In this document: positions 1-9,481 of the stretch, one piece after another | Position numbering within the stretch: position 1 is the stretch's first letter | Layout of the letters: each line of letters begins with the position of its first letter | NCBI GenBank assembly: GCA_029856365.1 | Contig: JAHQWW010000076.1 | Location: forward strand, 1-18,523 | DNA length: 18,523 nucleotides | Source of the DNA: Candidatus Hodarchaeota archaeon | Lineage (GTDB): Archaea; Asgardarchaeota; Heimdallarchaeia; Hodarchaeales; Hodarchaeaceae | Direction of reading: 5' to 3' | The notes under the pieces: model-generated | What the model was told of the DNA's origin: nothing | Databases searched by the model: none | The model's input: the letters and a program-made list of their open reading frames with translations, nothing else | Translations under genes and position numbers: made by a program

Positions 1-37
1 TCTCCTATGGTTTTATGTGATTATCTTATAGCATAGA

Positions 38-850
38 TCACTTTCTTATTTTCCTAGCTTTGACTATCAATGAAAAAGGGATCATTCTTATTACTTGGAC
101 AAATTTACTTATATATTCCTGATTTTTAAATTCTGAGATATATGGTATTTTTGAAATCGCTTTTACATCCATATTAGCAATATCGTATGCTCGAGGTTCC
201 TCTATTCGTGCAATCTGCATTCCAGTTTCAATTAATCCATTAATAATCTCCGAAATTAACCAATCCCCTTGATTAAATGTAGCTTTGGTTCCATCAAAGC
301 ATATCCAGTCCCAGACATTTCGAGTTCTATCAAAATAATTACGTACTTCTCTTAAATCTCCATTTTCTAATGCTGGTCCGACTGTTAAATAAATCGGATG
401 TTCAAAACAAAACACTAAAAAGCCTCTAGGTTTTAACACTCGTTTAGTTTCCATAAAAACTGCTTTTAAATCGTCAGCATAACCAATAGCATGAGAAGAA
501 AGTACAATATCAAAATTGTCATCATTAAATCGAGTTAAGTTTTCCATTCTTCCCTGAACAAACTCAACTTTTACACCCTCATTTTTCGCAAGTATGTTCG
601 CATATTCTAGCTGAATTTCCGATATGTCTAATCCGACTACTTCAGCGCCCCATTTGGTTAGTACTATTGAGTTCTGTCCACCTCCGCAACCCAGTTCCAG
701 TACTCTTTTACCCATTACATCATCTAGTAAACTTAATTCTCTTTCACCAGGAGTCACAGGGCCATAATGTACATCCTCTAGGGAGATTTTTTTTTCTCCT
801 TGATATGACTTCGAAATAGTATTCCAACTTTCTTGATTTTCATTATTCAA
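38..850 (-). CDS. Class I SAM-dependent methyltransferase (Methyltransf_11/UbiE-like)
   Basis: Motif I VLELGCGGG, acidic GLDIS, FDIVLS and RVLKPRG motifs. ORF track starts at 883, but GAGGTG RBS (857-862) precedes TTG at 850, the more likely start. Confidence 0.9.
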   Translation of the reverse strand: MNNENQESWNTISKSYQGEKKISLEDVHYGPVTPGERELSLLDDVMGKRVLELGCGGGQNSIVLTKWGAEVVGLDISEIQLEYANILAKNEGVKVEFVQGRMENLTRFNDDNFDIVLSSHAIGYADDLKAVFMETKRVLKPRGFLVFCFEHPIYLTVGPALENGDLREVRNYFDRTRNVWDWICFDGTKATFNQGDWLISEIINGLIETGMQIARIEEPRAYDIANMDVKAISKIPYISEFKNQEYISKFVQVIRMIPFSLIVKARKIRK

Positions 851-997
851 TGAGAACACCTCGAAACTGATGATTATTGCCATAAAATCATTATTTCGCC
901 ATTATTGTACTCAAATCTTGATTATTGAGTTCATATTAAACCGCAGATGCGAAGAGGCACATATGTTCAAGATTTTGAAGATGGAGGTTTTATTATT

Positions 998-1171
998 TTA
1001 GATATTATTTTTCAATGAAATAAAAATTCCATACAAAGTTATGAGTATTAACATAGCCAATAATAGCAAGATATTATTCGGAAAGAAGATTATAAAGGCA
1101 ATTAAGACTAAATTAATCACTACTCCAAGTATCCAATGAAAAGGTGTTGGAGATAATCCATCGTAGAACAT
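998..1171 (-). CDS. Small 57-aa membrane protein with two hydrophobic segments (not in ORF track)
   Basis: Manual translation: MFYDGLSPTPFHWILGVVINLVLIAFIIFFPNNILLLLAMLILITLYGIFISLKNNI*; two hydrophobic stretches separated by PNN turn; fills otherwise empty 535-bp gap, co-oriented with methyltransferase. Confidence 0.55.
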   Translation of the reverse strand: MFYDGLSPTPFHWILGVVINLVLIAFIIFFPNNILLLLAMLILITLYGIFISLKNNI

Positions 1172-1418
1172 TATAAATCAAACTCATGATGACACTGACA
1201 TTTTATCGCAATAGAATTGAGAATTGTCATAAAAAGTCAGCTTTGTTCATATATAAATTTTAAGATCTTGTCTTCTAGCTTCACAAAAGTGTAATTAAAA
1301 AAATTAATCATCTTTCACCATTTTAAATAAGTTGATATGAAAAGGAATTGGCTGTAGAAATGGAAATTACAAAGAAGAGATTCAGGTAAAAAGATGAATA
1401 AAAAAGGTCATGTAACAA

Positions 1419-2825
1419 ATGTCAGAAACAATAAAACTACAAAATTACGAAAGAAAGGTTACTCCTTTAGAACGAATATTTAATCGATGCCCTTATGCAA
1501 TCGTTGCAATGATAGCTCGGATAAAAGGTAATATTTCCAAGAGTATGTTGAAAGATGCTGTTAGTAAAGTCCAACAGAGACATCTGAACCTCAGGGTTCG
1601 AATTTATGAGGATAATGATCATAATCTATGGTTTACGTCGGAAGAGGTTAAAGAAATCCCAATAGAAATCATAAAAAGAGAATCGGATGAACACTGGATT
1701 GAGATATATCAGGATGCTTGTAAAATTCCTTTTGACTTTGAGGACCGTCCTGCTATTCGATTTATTCTAGTACGTTCTCCAGAAATATCTGAATTGATAA
1801 TTTTATGTCATCATATTATATGTGATGGGATGTCATTAGCATATCTTGCAAGAGATATAATGATACATCTTGGGAACCCAACTAGAGAAGTGGAGGTATT
1901 ATCTGACCCAGTTCCAATTGACAAAGATAATTTACCACAAGATGTTTCCATTAACGCTATTGTCAAGTATTTTATTAATAGAATCAGTAAGAAATGGAAA
2001 AAGAATGAAATATATTTCGATCAAGAAGATTACAAAAATCTCAATGAGGCTTATTGGAAAATATATAAACACCAATTACTCTCAATTGAACTTTCCGAAG
2101 CACAAACTTCTGCATTAGTTGACAGATGTAGAAAAGAGGGAGTAACAGTAAATACTGCATTAACGGCTGCGTTTGCAGGTGCTCAATCTATTATACAGGT
2201 CGATGAAGTCAATCCAAATATAGTGATTGCTGGTAACCTTAGGGATCGGCTCCAACGACCAGCAGGGGAAGCGATAGGATATTTTGCTGGTGGAGTAAAT
2301 CTGAAGTATAAATATAACAGTAAAACGAATTTCTGGGATAATGCTCGAAATCTTCATCAAAGAGTGAAATCGCTCTATATAAACAAGAACCTATTCAAAG
2401 AGCTGTTACCCTGGTGTTACCTTGAACCAGGCATTATGGAATCGCTTTGTTACAAAATGATAGGGAAACTTGTCCCATCAGACTTTCCACGACACGAGAA
2501 ACTTTCTACATTCAGTAATCAAGATGATGTGGTTTCATCTCTTCTTAAAAGACAAAAGATGGACTCTCTAGATAAACTATTTTTAGGAACTGCTGTAACA
2601 AATCTCACACGATTGGATTTCCCCAAAATGTACGGATTGTTAGAATTAGATCGTTTAATCCTGCATCCTGGTGGTATGTTTCCTTTAACTATTGTAGGTT
2701 TAGTATTGGGTGCAGTAACTTGTGCTGGAAAACTTAGCTTACTTATCGAATATACCGAAGAAACTATTGATTCCGCAACCATGGAAAAAATAAAAGAAAA
2801 AGCACTCAAATTCTTGTTTGAGTAA
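1419..2825 (+). CDS. Stand-alone condensation-domain / CoA-dependent acyltransferase (PapA5 / alcohol acetyltransferase-like)
   Basis: HHIICDGMS catalytic HHxxxDG motif at ~aa 131, RHLNLRVRI (RHxxLR), CRKEGVTVNTAL, NLRDRL, TNLTRLDF motifs; 468 aa. Confidence 0.85.
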   Translation: MSETIKLQNYERKVTPLERIFNRCPYAIVAMIARIKGNISKSMLKDAVSKVQQRHLNLRVRIYEDNDHNLWFTSEEVKEIPIEIIKRESDEHWIEIYQDACKIPFDFEDRPAIRFILVRSPEISELIILCHHIICDGMSLAYLARDIMIHLGNPTREVEVLSDPVPIDKDNLPQDVSINAIVKYFINRISKKWKKNEIYFDQEDYKNLNEAYWKIYKHQLLSIELSEAQTSALVDRCRKEGVTVNTALTAAFAGAQSIIQVDEVNPNIVIAGNLRDRLQRPAGEAIGYFAGGVNLKYKYNSKTNFWDNARNLHQRVKSLYINKNLFKELLPWCYLEPGIMESLCYKMIGKLVPSDFPRHEKLSTFSNQDDVVSSLLKRQKMDSLDKLFLGTAVTNLTRLDFPKMYGLLELDRLILHPGGMFPLTIVGLVLGAVTCAGKLSLLIEYTEETIDSATMEKIKEKALKFLFE

Positions 2826-2857
2826 GGATTTTAACTAGAATCATTTAAAGAAGATTT

Positions 2858-2873
2858 AAAGAGTTAACTCTTT
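2858..2873. repeat. Perfect 16-bp palindrome AAAGAGTTAACTCTTT followed by T-rich tract (possible terminator or protein-binding site)
   Basis: Seen directly, 33 bp after the acyltransferase stop, between convergent genes. Confidence 0.45.
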
Positions 2874-3024
2874 CTTTAGATTCGTTTTTCCTTTATCCTT
2901 TGTTTTAACATTTATAGGAGTAATTCCACTAATAATCTTGGTAAAACGGAAACAAACGCGGAAATAGGTAGGAAACTAATCACTAACATTTCTCAATTCC
3001 CTCATTAATTTAGGGATTTTTTAT

Positions 3025-3048
3025 CAGAAAAAGAGGGAAAAAGGAGAA
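3025..3048 (-). terminator. Pyrimidine/oligo-T terminator-like tract
   Basis: Minus strand TTCTCCTTTTTCCCTCTTTTTCTG just after permease stop; same CCCTC..TTTTT motif after two other minus-strand genes. Confidence 0.5.
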
Positions 3049-3054
3049 TGATTA

Positions 3055-4752
3055 TTAAACTAACCTATCTCTTGAAGGAATAATTTTGCTTAGAACAATT
3101 GTATATATCATAATAGCAATGAAAGTGCAAACCAAAGCATTGGGTAGGACATCTATAAGAGTTTTCTCGCCCAAAAATACCCCTATAAAGTCGAAATAAC
3201 TAAATGGAGTTAAGATAAGCAGCAAGAAATTATCAGTTATAAATCCTGCTAAAAGGAGGAGAATACTGATTGTGAATCCGATTAATAAGGTTTTTTGAGC
3301 GTGCTTATATGGGACAATCAATGCTAATGAGAGGAAGATAATGAAAAATATGCAGTATCCCCAAGTAAAGATCAAATAACTTGTAGCTGCATTTATTAAA
3401 TCACCATTATTTTCCATAGCAAGATCAATGAAAATATAACTGATAAAACCGATGAAAAATAATGTAACAAGTCCTATAAGTGATGCTATTGTTCTATTGA
3501 GAATCATGCTTTTTTCACTTTTTGGTAGTGCCCAAGTAACTTCAGCAATTCTATTTTTTTTGTCACGAAATATAATATTATTTGTAACAATCAGGATATA
3601 TGGTCCAAAGGGGATCATCCATGCCCAAGCGAGAAATTCAAGGGTAAACCATCCTTCAAAAGTCGGCATTAATTCATAATTAAACACTGCTGCATCGATA
3701 AAAGGTAGATCAATGCTTGCCAATGTCATAGCCGTTTTTGCTTCTCCTTCGTAACCAGATGCCTGCATTATAGTGAGGATTATTACTATCACCGAAAAAA
3801 TTGTCAAAAGTCCAGCAATGGAGAATAATTGATCAGTCAAAGCAGGAAACTTCCAACCAAGTTTAGAAATTAGTTTTTCTGTCGGTGTTCTAATGATTGA
3901 TAATTTTTGGGTAACAGCTCTTTTTTCTTGTTCTGATTCGATACTCGAAGATGTTTTAGAAACACCTTCAATGAAATCTTTTCGATATAACATGAAAATA
4001 GACACTATAGCTAATATAAGAGAAAGAATTAGAACTAAAATGATAAATTCTTCATTCCAAGTACCACTGATAGCATTTTGAGTAATTTTGGCTTTAGAAA
4101 AAAGGTTTAAATCCATTATAAACTCAAAATCCTTATTACCCTTCAAGGCCATGTCTGAAAAGAATCCTAGTACAGTATACCCCCCTCCTACAAAATAACC
4201 CATTTTTTTAGAAAATGTAATTGTACATCCAAATGCAGTGAGGAAAGTAACAAAAATAGCAAGAAACCCCCCCAGAATAAAGCTGATAGCTAAATTTGCA
4301 ACTGAATCAGGACTATTATTAATAATAAGAAAAATGGCTGAAAAAACAAAACTTGGAATACACAATAGACATATTAAAAGAATAACTAAAAGAGAATTCT
4401 CAAGATAGCTTCTTGTTAAAGATTTCGGGGTTGAAAATAATAATTCTTTTCCATCCTTTTCTGCAAAGGGTAAGATATTGACGCCTAAAAGGATTGATAC
4501 TAAGGGAAAATAAATACTTAATATTAACCCCGCAGCTATAATGGTCCATAAATGGAAACCAGGATTATCATACACGATCTCCCCAATGAATCTTTCATAA
4601 TAAACAACGATGTTCTCCATTGAAAGCTCACCAGGGTAAATTATTGGAAAAAAGAGTGTTATTACGGCAAAAAGAATTATTGAAAGTCCAAACACTGCTT
4701 TGTGTCTTATAAAACGGAGATATAGAAGCTCAAACTGTTTAGGAACATACAT
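3055..4752 (-). CDS. ABC-2 type exporter permease, two tandem permease modules fused (about 12 TM)
   Basis: Highly hydrophobic; two copies of the coupling motif (AEKDGKELLFSTPKS and DKKNRIAEVTWALPKS) separated by a polar linker; directly downstream of ABC ATPase. Confidence 0.8.
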   Translation of the reverse strand: MYVPKQFELLYLRFIRHKAVFGLSIILFAVITLFFPIIYPGELSMENIVVYYERFIGEIVYDNPGFHLWTIIAAGLILSIYFPLVSILLGVNILPFAEKDGKELLFSTPKSLTRSYLENSLLVILLICLLCIPSFVFSAIFLIINNSPDSVANLAISFILGGFLAIFVTFLTAFGCTITFSKKMGYFVGGGYTVLGFFSDMALKGNKDFEFIMDLNLFSKAKITQNAISGTWNEEFIILVLILSLILAIVSIFMLYRKDFIEGVSKTSSSIESEQEKRAVTQKLSIIRTPTEKLISKLGWKFPALTDQLFSIAGLLTIFSVIVIILTIMQASGYEGEAKTAMTLASIDLPFIDAAVFNYELMPTFEGWFTLEFLAWAWMIPFGPYILIVTNNIIFRDKKNRIAEVTWALPKSEKSMILNRTIASLIGLVTLFFIGFISYIFIDLAMENNGDLINAATSYLIFTWGYCIFFIIFLSLALIVPYKHAQKTLLIGFTISILLLLAGFITDNFLLLILTPFSYFDFIGVFLGEKTLIDVLPNALVCTFIAIMIYTIVLSKIIPSRDRLV

Positions 4753-4763
4753 TATATTAACCT

Positions 4764-5654
4764 CTATTCTTTTTTCTTATAGAACTGCATGAAATAATCT
4801 TCAAGACTAGCAGGAGGATAGGAAAGCTCTTCAGGTTCCATTAAAAGAAGTTTTTCAAGGAATGGCTTAATAGAATCTGTATGACGTACTAGTATGCGTA
4901 CTTTATTATCATCTATTTTAAGTAGATGGTCACCAAAAGACTTAAGCTGCTCCTCATTAGGACTTTTAAGATAAACATCCAAGATTCGTGGAGTATTTTT
5001 ATTCAGAGTGCTAACTTCTTCGACACTAACAAAAGAGCCATCTTTGATAATAGCTACACGATCACAAATTCTTTGAACCTCTGCAAGATTATGACTACTG
5101 AAAAAAATTGTTTTTCCCTGCTCTTTTGCTTCTAAAAGAAGATCATAAAGTTCTTGTTGAAGGAGAGGATCGAGTCCAGATGTTGGTTCATCCAAGATTA
5201 AGACATTTGGATCATGCATAAATGCAGCAACAATACCAACTTTTTGTTTGTTGCCTTTAGAGAGTTCACCTATCTTTTTTTTATGAGGCAATGAGAATCG
5301 ACGAACTAGCTCATCTCGTCTTTTACTAGGTCTTTTTCGCATGTTTTGTATGTAAGATAGAAATTCATCAACCGTATAGTTCTCTGGAAGTATAAACTCG
5401 CCTGGGATATACCCAATGCCCTCTCGAATATTTGAGTTCTTTCTGGTGACTTTGTCACCATTGATCCAAATTTCTCCTTTAGTAGGAAGAAGAATATTCA
5501 TCATACAACGAATAGTGGTGGTTTTGCCAGCTCCATTTGGACCAAGAAACCCAAATATTTCCCCTTCCTTAATTTCGAGACTTAAGTCTTCAATTCCACA
5601 TGTTTTTCCGTAATATTTCGTTAAATTTTGTATTCTTATTTTCGATTTATTCAT
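4764..5654 (-). CDS. ABC-2 type transporter ATP-binding protein
   Basis: Walker A GPNGAGKTT, signature LSKGNKQK, Walker B ILDEPT, H-loop SSH. Confidence 0.95.
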   Translation of the reverse strand: MNKSKIRIQNLTKYYGKTCGIEDLSLEIKEGEIFGFLGPNGAGKTTTIRCMMNILLPTKGEIWINGDKVTRKNSNIREGIGYIPGEFILPENYTVDEFLSYIQNMRKRPSKRRDELVRRFSLPHKKKIGELSKGNKQKVGIVAAFMHDPNVLILDEPTSGLDPLLQQELYDLLLEAKEQGKTIFFSSHNLAEVQRICDRVAIIKDGSFVSVEEVSTLNKNTPRILDVYLKSPNEEQLKSFGDHLLKIDDNKVRILVRHTDSIKPFLEKLLLMEPEELSYPPASLEDYFMQFYKKKE

Positions 5655-5718
5655 TTTGAAAACCTAAATGAATATTTTTTGCATGAATGTTGCAAATGAC
5701 CGAACTTACGCACAGATA

Positions 5719-5744
5719 TTTATACTTTTCGTAAATATCGAAAA
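5719..5744. promoter_or_regulatory. TATA-like TTTATA next to palindrome TTTTCG-N7-CGAAAA (candidate operator)
   Basis: Within 154-bp divergent intergenic region between ABC ATPase and regulator. Confidence 0.4.
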
Positions 5745-5808
5745 TTTCATAATTATTAGAAATGTTAGAAATTAATAAAATATTTAAAATTTTCTATTTT
5801 TCATCTAA

Positions 5809-6945
5809 TTGGACATGAATTCAATGGTACCTACGCTTACTCAATCACCCTTATTGAATATAAAGAGAAATTATCTTAATTTCATGGAACAGACGCTCAC
5901 TTGGTTTGATACGTCCCTTATTCGTGTATTATTTACTCTACTCATGGAAAAAGAACCCCTTACTCAAGATCAGCTTATTAGTTTAACTGGCCTTAACAGA
6001 GCGACTGTATCAGATACACTTTCAAAATTAACTGAATCAACCAGTAAATTTCTAGTTTTTCAAACTCGTAAAAAAGGAGAAAGAAAGAAGTATTATCATT
6101 GTCCACAAGATTTATCAATTTATTTTCAGAATTTGTTACAAGAAGGTTTAGAATTAACAAAAATCAGTTCAGAACAGATACCTGAATATCTATACAGATT
6201 AAGTTTGCTTAAAACCCAGAATTTTGACACACAAAGTTTTAAGAATTTTTTAGACGAGTATCAGAGAGCTACAACTTATTTTCATATTGCTGTTACATTT
6301 TTTCAAAAAAATCTTGGTAATTATGTTACCAATCCATATTTAATTTCTAAAATATCGGAAAAAGACTTCAATGAGGATAATTTTAAGGATGATGAAATTA
6401 ATATAGATTACTCTGTTAGATCGAATGACTCTCTAGACATGATAAAAAGAGATTTTCTTAATAATCAAGCTTCAAGTCAGCATTCCAGAATTGGAAAAAG
6501 AAAAGAGTTGGTCACAATGGGCCTTTTATTTTTCATAGAAGGAAAACCAATTACACAGAATTATATTAGCAAGATTACAGGCTACAGTCGCTCTACTGTG
6601 TCAATAACACTCTCTGATTTGTTAAAACTTAATATAATTCAATTAATTAAAAAACCCAAGGACAGAAAAAAATATTATGAATCAAGATATACTCTAATAG
6701 ACAATTTATTGTCAACCATTCGAGTTATGAATCGAATTTTTTTGAAATCTAGAGAGATTGTTAAAAATCAATTTTTACTTAACATAAAGAATACTGAGGG
6801 GGATAAGAAGGAGAAAAGCAAACTGGAAAGATTTATGATTGAAAATATAAGATTTTTTGATTTATTTGTTGATTATACAAGATCATGTAATGATATTGTA
6901 AACAAACTCTTATCCAAACGTGCATTGTCAAAAAACAAAGCATAA
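5809..6945 (+). CDS. Transcriptional regulator with two tandem GbsR/MarR-type winged HTH domains
   Basis: Repeat 1 EPLTQDQLISLTGLNRATVSDTLSKL..KKGERKKYY; repeat 2 KPITQNYISKITGYSRSTVSITLSDL..KPKDRKKYY. Start may be ATG 5815 or 5824. Confidence 0.85.
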   Translation: MDMNSMVPTLTQSPLLNIKRNYLNFMEQTLTWFDTSLIRVLFTLLMEKEPLTQDQLISLTGLNRATVSDTLSKLTESTSKFLVFQTRKKGERKKYYHCPQDLSIYFQNLLQEGLELTKISSEQIPEYLYRLSLLKTQNFDTQSFKNFLDEYQRATTYFHIAVTFFQKNLGNYVTNPYLISKISEKDFNEDNFKDDEINIDYSVRSNDSLDMIKRDFLNNQASSQHSRIGKRKELVTMGLLFFIEGKPITQNYISKITGYSRSTVSITLSDLLKLNIIQLIKKPKDRKKYYESRYTLIDNLLSTIRVMNRIFLKSREIVKNQFLLNIKNTEGDKKEKSKLERFMIENIRFFDLFVDYTRSCNDIVNKLLSKRALSKNKA

Positions 6946-7178
6946 TATTTCTTTATTGAATCGAATTTATCCATGATTCCTCTTTCTACTTCTGTGAAGA
7001 ATTCATCAAAAAAATCCAGTATCTCCAAATTGATGTATTGCTTGAATAAAAACTTCAGGTATCTTATCGATTGATTTCAGCTTAATCGAATAACCATTCA
7101 TGATTTAGTTAAGATATTCACATAAAATTTGATTAGAATTGAATATAAACTGCAGAGATTTCCTAGTAGTAAAAAAAA

Positions 7179-7337
7179 TTAAATCAAAGGTGTTACCAAG
7201 ATATCAGAGATTTCTTCCCAATACTTCTTAATATCCCATTCTCCTCCTGCTTTAATATGACTAGCAATGTCTGTGAATGTTTCCTTTATTCTCAACGAGT
7301 TTAGGTAGTTGATTTTTGGAGCGATGGAAACTAGCAT
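7179..7337 (-). pseudogene. 52-aa ORF, probably the C-terminal remnant of an unknown gene
   Basis: MLVSIAPKINYLNSLRIKETFTDIASHIKAGGEWDIKKYWEEISDILVTPLI*, immediately followed by T8 tract on the minus strand (7171-7178). Confidence 0.35.
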
Positions 7338-7370
7338 AAATTACTGTTTCCCACCCTTGTTTCAGGATCA

Positions 7371-7559
7371 TCAATAGTGTCGAAGTAGATATATACTTAT
7401 CGGAAAACATTCCGATAAGACAGAAGGTACTAATATGATCCGATCGAATAGAAGATATAGATAGTGAAGGATTTCCAATTGAAATGCATTATATAGGAAT
7501 GATGAATCCACAACAGATTTAAGATTCACTTTATTTATTCTTCCTAATTCTTCATGCAA
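7371..7559 (-). pseudogene. Truncated PIN-domain (VapC/DUF3368-like) protein, N-terminal part only
   Basis: VVDSSFL...LFDRIILVPSVLSE matches the PIN N-terminal pattern (hhDTS...LF..I.hP..V..E); similarity ends at a 10-bp hairpin (7396-7419) and ORF stops at 62 aa. Confidence 0.55.
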
Positions 7560-7714
7560 TGATATTTCTCATATTTTTTTATTGAAAAGGTATTGTTCAT
7601 TTTTAATTTTATCTTATATATTTAAATTTTAACACTTTAGGAAAATCAATGTGAATATCTTAATCGTAAGCGAAGACCCATAAATCAGGAATTCACTTAA
7701 AAGGGATAAAAATC

Positions 7715-9481
7715 ATGTTAAACCTTGATCGAAATCACATTTTACCTGAAACAGATTTACCTGATATAAATGAACTGTTAGGGGAAGGAGAGAGATTGAG
7801 TCATAGCGTGAACCTTGGTTCCTGTCCATTTCTAACCACTTATGATGTCCAATCGGAGAGTGAGTATAAGCGCCTGCGAGCAGCTGAAAGAACTATCATG
7901 CTTCATGGTCAGATAGGGTATCGCAGTTTTACGAAAAGTAAAATGGCTTACTTCAAGATTTATGACCAGATTGAAGCTGCAGGTTACAGAATAGATCGAT
8001 ATGGAATTTGTCTAGATTGGAGTATGGGGTATCCCTCTACTCTACGATCAAATATGCCGCGAGGAACTGGTTTAATACTAGGAAAACCTGAGGATTTCAT
8101 AGATCTAACCCACTCTGCACCAGTTGCACCTCATTTTGGCGACTTTGTTATTGGAACACCAGCAGCAGTTGAAAACACAGTAGCAGCGCTTAAGGCTGGA
8201 TCAACGAGTATTGGGAATATTGGTCAGTACTTCACTTTCCAAATGCCGAGATGGGACGATGATATAAAAACAACAGCAGAGACTGTTAAAGCCTTAGCCT
8301 TGTGTGCTGCACAACCAGTAGAAATTATGATTCACTCGAATTTAGATGATGGGTTCGCTGCTTTGTTTTATGACATGTCTTGTAGTATTGGAGCAGTTCT
8401 GATAGAAAAATACATTATTGAGGATCTGATCGGTGGACATGTTTCACATTGTTATGGGCACACGTTCTCTGATCCTCTGACTCGATTAGCGTTTCAACGA
8501 GCTTTAGCTCAAGTAACAAAAACACCTGGGAGTATGGTTTATGGAAATACAACCATATTTGTTGCTAGGGAGGTGGAAAACTACGCTAATCTTGCTAGTT
8601 ATCTATTAATTGATATTATTGCTCAACATTACCTACCAACTGGCCATGGACTCAATCCTGTTCCAGTAACAGAAGCAATGCGGATTCCTGAAGTCAACGA
8701 GATTGTTAATGCCCATCTCTTTGCCAACAGATTAATCCACAGGGCTGAAGGCTTTAAGAACATGTTTGATATGGATTTAGTAGATAAAACTGTAGATACC
8801 TTGGTTAAGGCAGGTCAGTACTTCAAAAAACGTGTTTTAAGCGGTCTCAATGAAGCTGGAATTAATATCAACAATCCTTTCGAATTACTTCTAGCAATCC
8901 GTCGAATTGGAGCTAAACGATTAGAGGAATTATTTGGTCCTGGAAAACATCAAGAAAATCATTTGCGTAAACGAATTCCGATTGTACAAGCTACTCCTAT
9001 TACAGAATTAGAAACAAAAAGCAGAAGAATAGTCTCTTCCATTGACTCCTCTGATCGAGAGAAATTACAGCACACTATATCTATATGTGTTGCCTGTACT
9101 GATGTACACGAGTATGGCAAAATCCTTCTTGAGCAGGTTATAAGGCTATTAGGACTTGAACTAATTGATGCTGGTGTCAGCGTTGATCCAGATGTTGTGG
9201 CTAAATATGCCAAGACGAGTGGAGCCGATTTTATCGCCATCAGTACTTACAACGGTGTTGCTTTATCCTATCTACAGTCACTATATCAAGAGATGAACCA
9301 AATTGAGTTAGATATACCAGTCTTTATAGGTGGAAAACTTAACCAGATCCCAGATGATAGTCTAACAAGCCTTCCAGTTGATGTGACAAATGAACTAAGA
9401 GCCATGGGAGCTGTAGTCTGTCATCGAGTAGAAGATATGTTAGAAAATCTTCTTAAAATAACAAAGGAGGGTAAAAAATGA
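7715..9481 (+). CDS. Cobalamin-dependent enzyme: putative mutase-type TIM barrel fused to C-terminal B12-binding Rossmann domain
   Basis: Base-off/His-on motifs DVHEYG (D463/H465), ISTYNG, FIGGKL; TEAMRIP (aa 319-325) resembles EAxxxP of glutamate mutase E and methylmalonyl-CoA mutase barrels. Confidence 0.8.
   Translation: MLNLDRNHILPETDLPDINELLGEGERLSHSVNLGSCPFLTTYDVQSESEYKRLRAAERTIMLHGQIGYRSFTKSKMAYFKIYDQIEAAGYRIDRYGICLDWSMGYPSTLRSNMPRGTGLILGKPEDFIDLTHSAPVAPHFGDFVIGTPAAVENTVAALKAGSTSIGNIGQYFTFQMPRWDDDIKTTAETVKALALCAAQPVEIMIHSNLDDGFAALFYDMSCSIGAVLIEKYIIEDLIGGHVSHCYGHTFSDPLTRLAFQRALAQVTKTPGSMVYGNTTIFVAREVENYANLASYLLIDIIAQHYLPTGHGLNPVPVTEAMRIPEVNEIVNAHLFANRLIHRAEGFKNMFDMDLVDKTVDTLVKAGQYFKKRVLSGLNEAGININNPFELLLAIRRIGAKRLEELFGPGKHQENHLRKRIPIVQATPITELETKSRRIVSSIDSSDREKLQHTISICVACTDVHEYGKILLEQVIRLLGLELIDAGVSVDPDVVAKYAKTSGADFIAISTYNGVALSYLQSLYQEMNQIELDIPVFIGGKLNQIPDDSLTSLPVDVTNELRAMGAVVCHRVEDMLENLLKITKEGKK

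Larger units (their letters stand above)
7109..7663. repeat. Pair of exact 15-bp inverted repeats (TTAAGATATTCACAT 7109-7123 / ATGTGAATATCTTAA 7649-7663)
   Basis: Exact reverse-complement match seen in sequence, bracketing the gene-fragment region; function unknown, chance not excluded. Confidence 0.4.

Noticed and set aside
38-6945. Secondary-metabolite cluster (methyltransferase + condensation domain + exporter)
   Set aside because: No adenylation, carrier or precursor gene; orientations are mixed with terminator-like tracts between.
6886-7101. Minus-strand ORF MNGYSIK... possibly frameshifted at A7 (7008-7014)
   Set aside because: No recognisable family, and the repaired frame overlaps the regulator's 3' end; cannot be supported.
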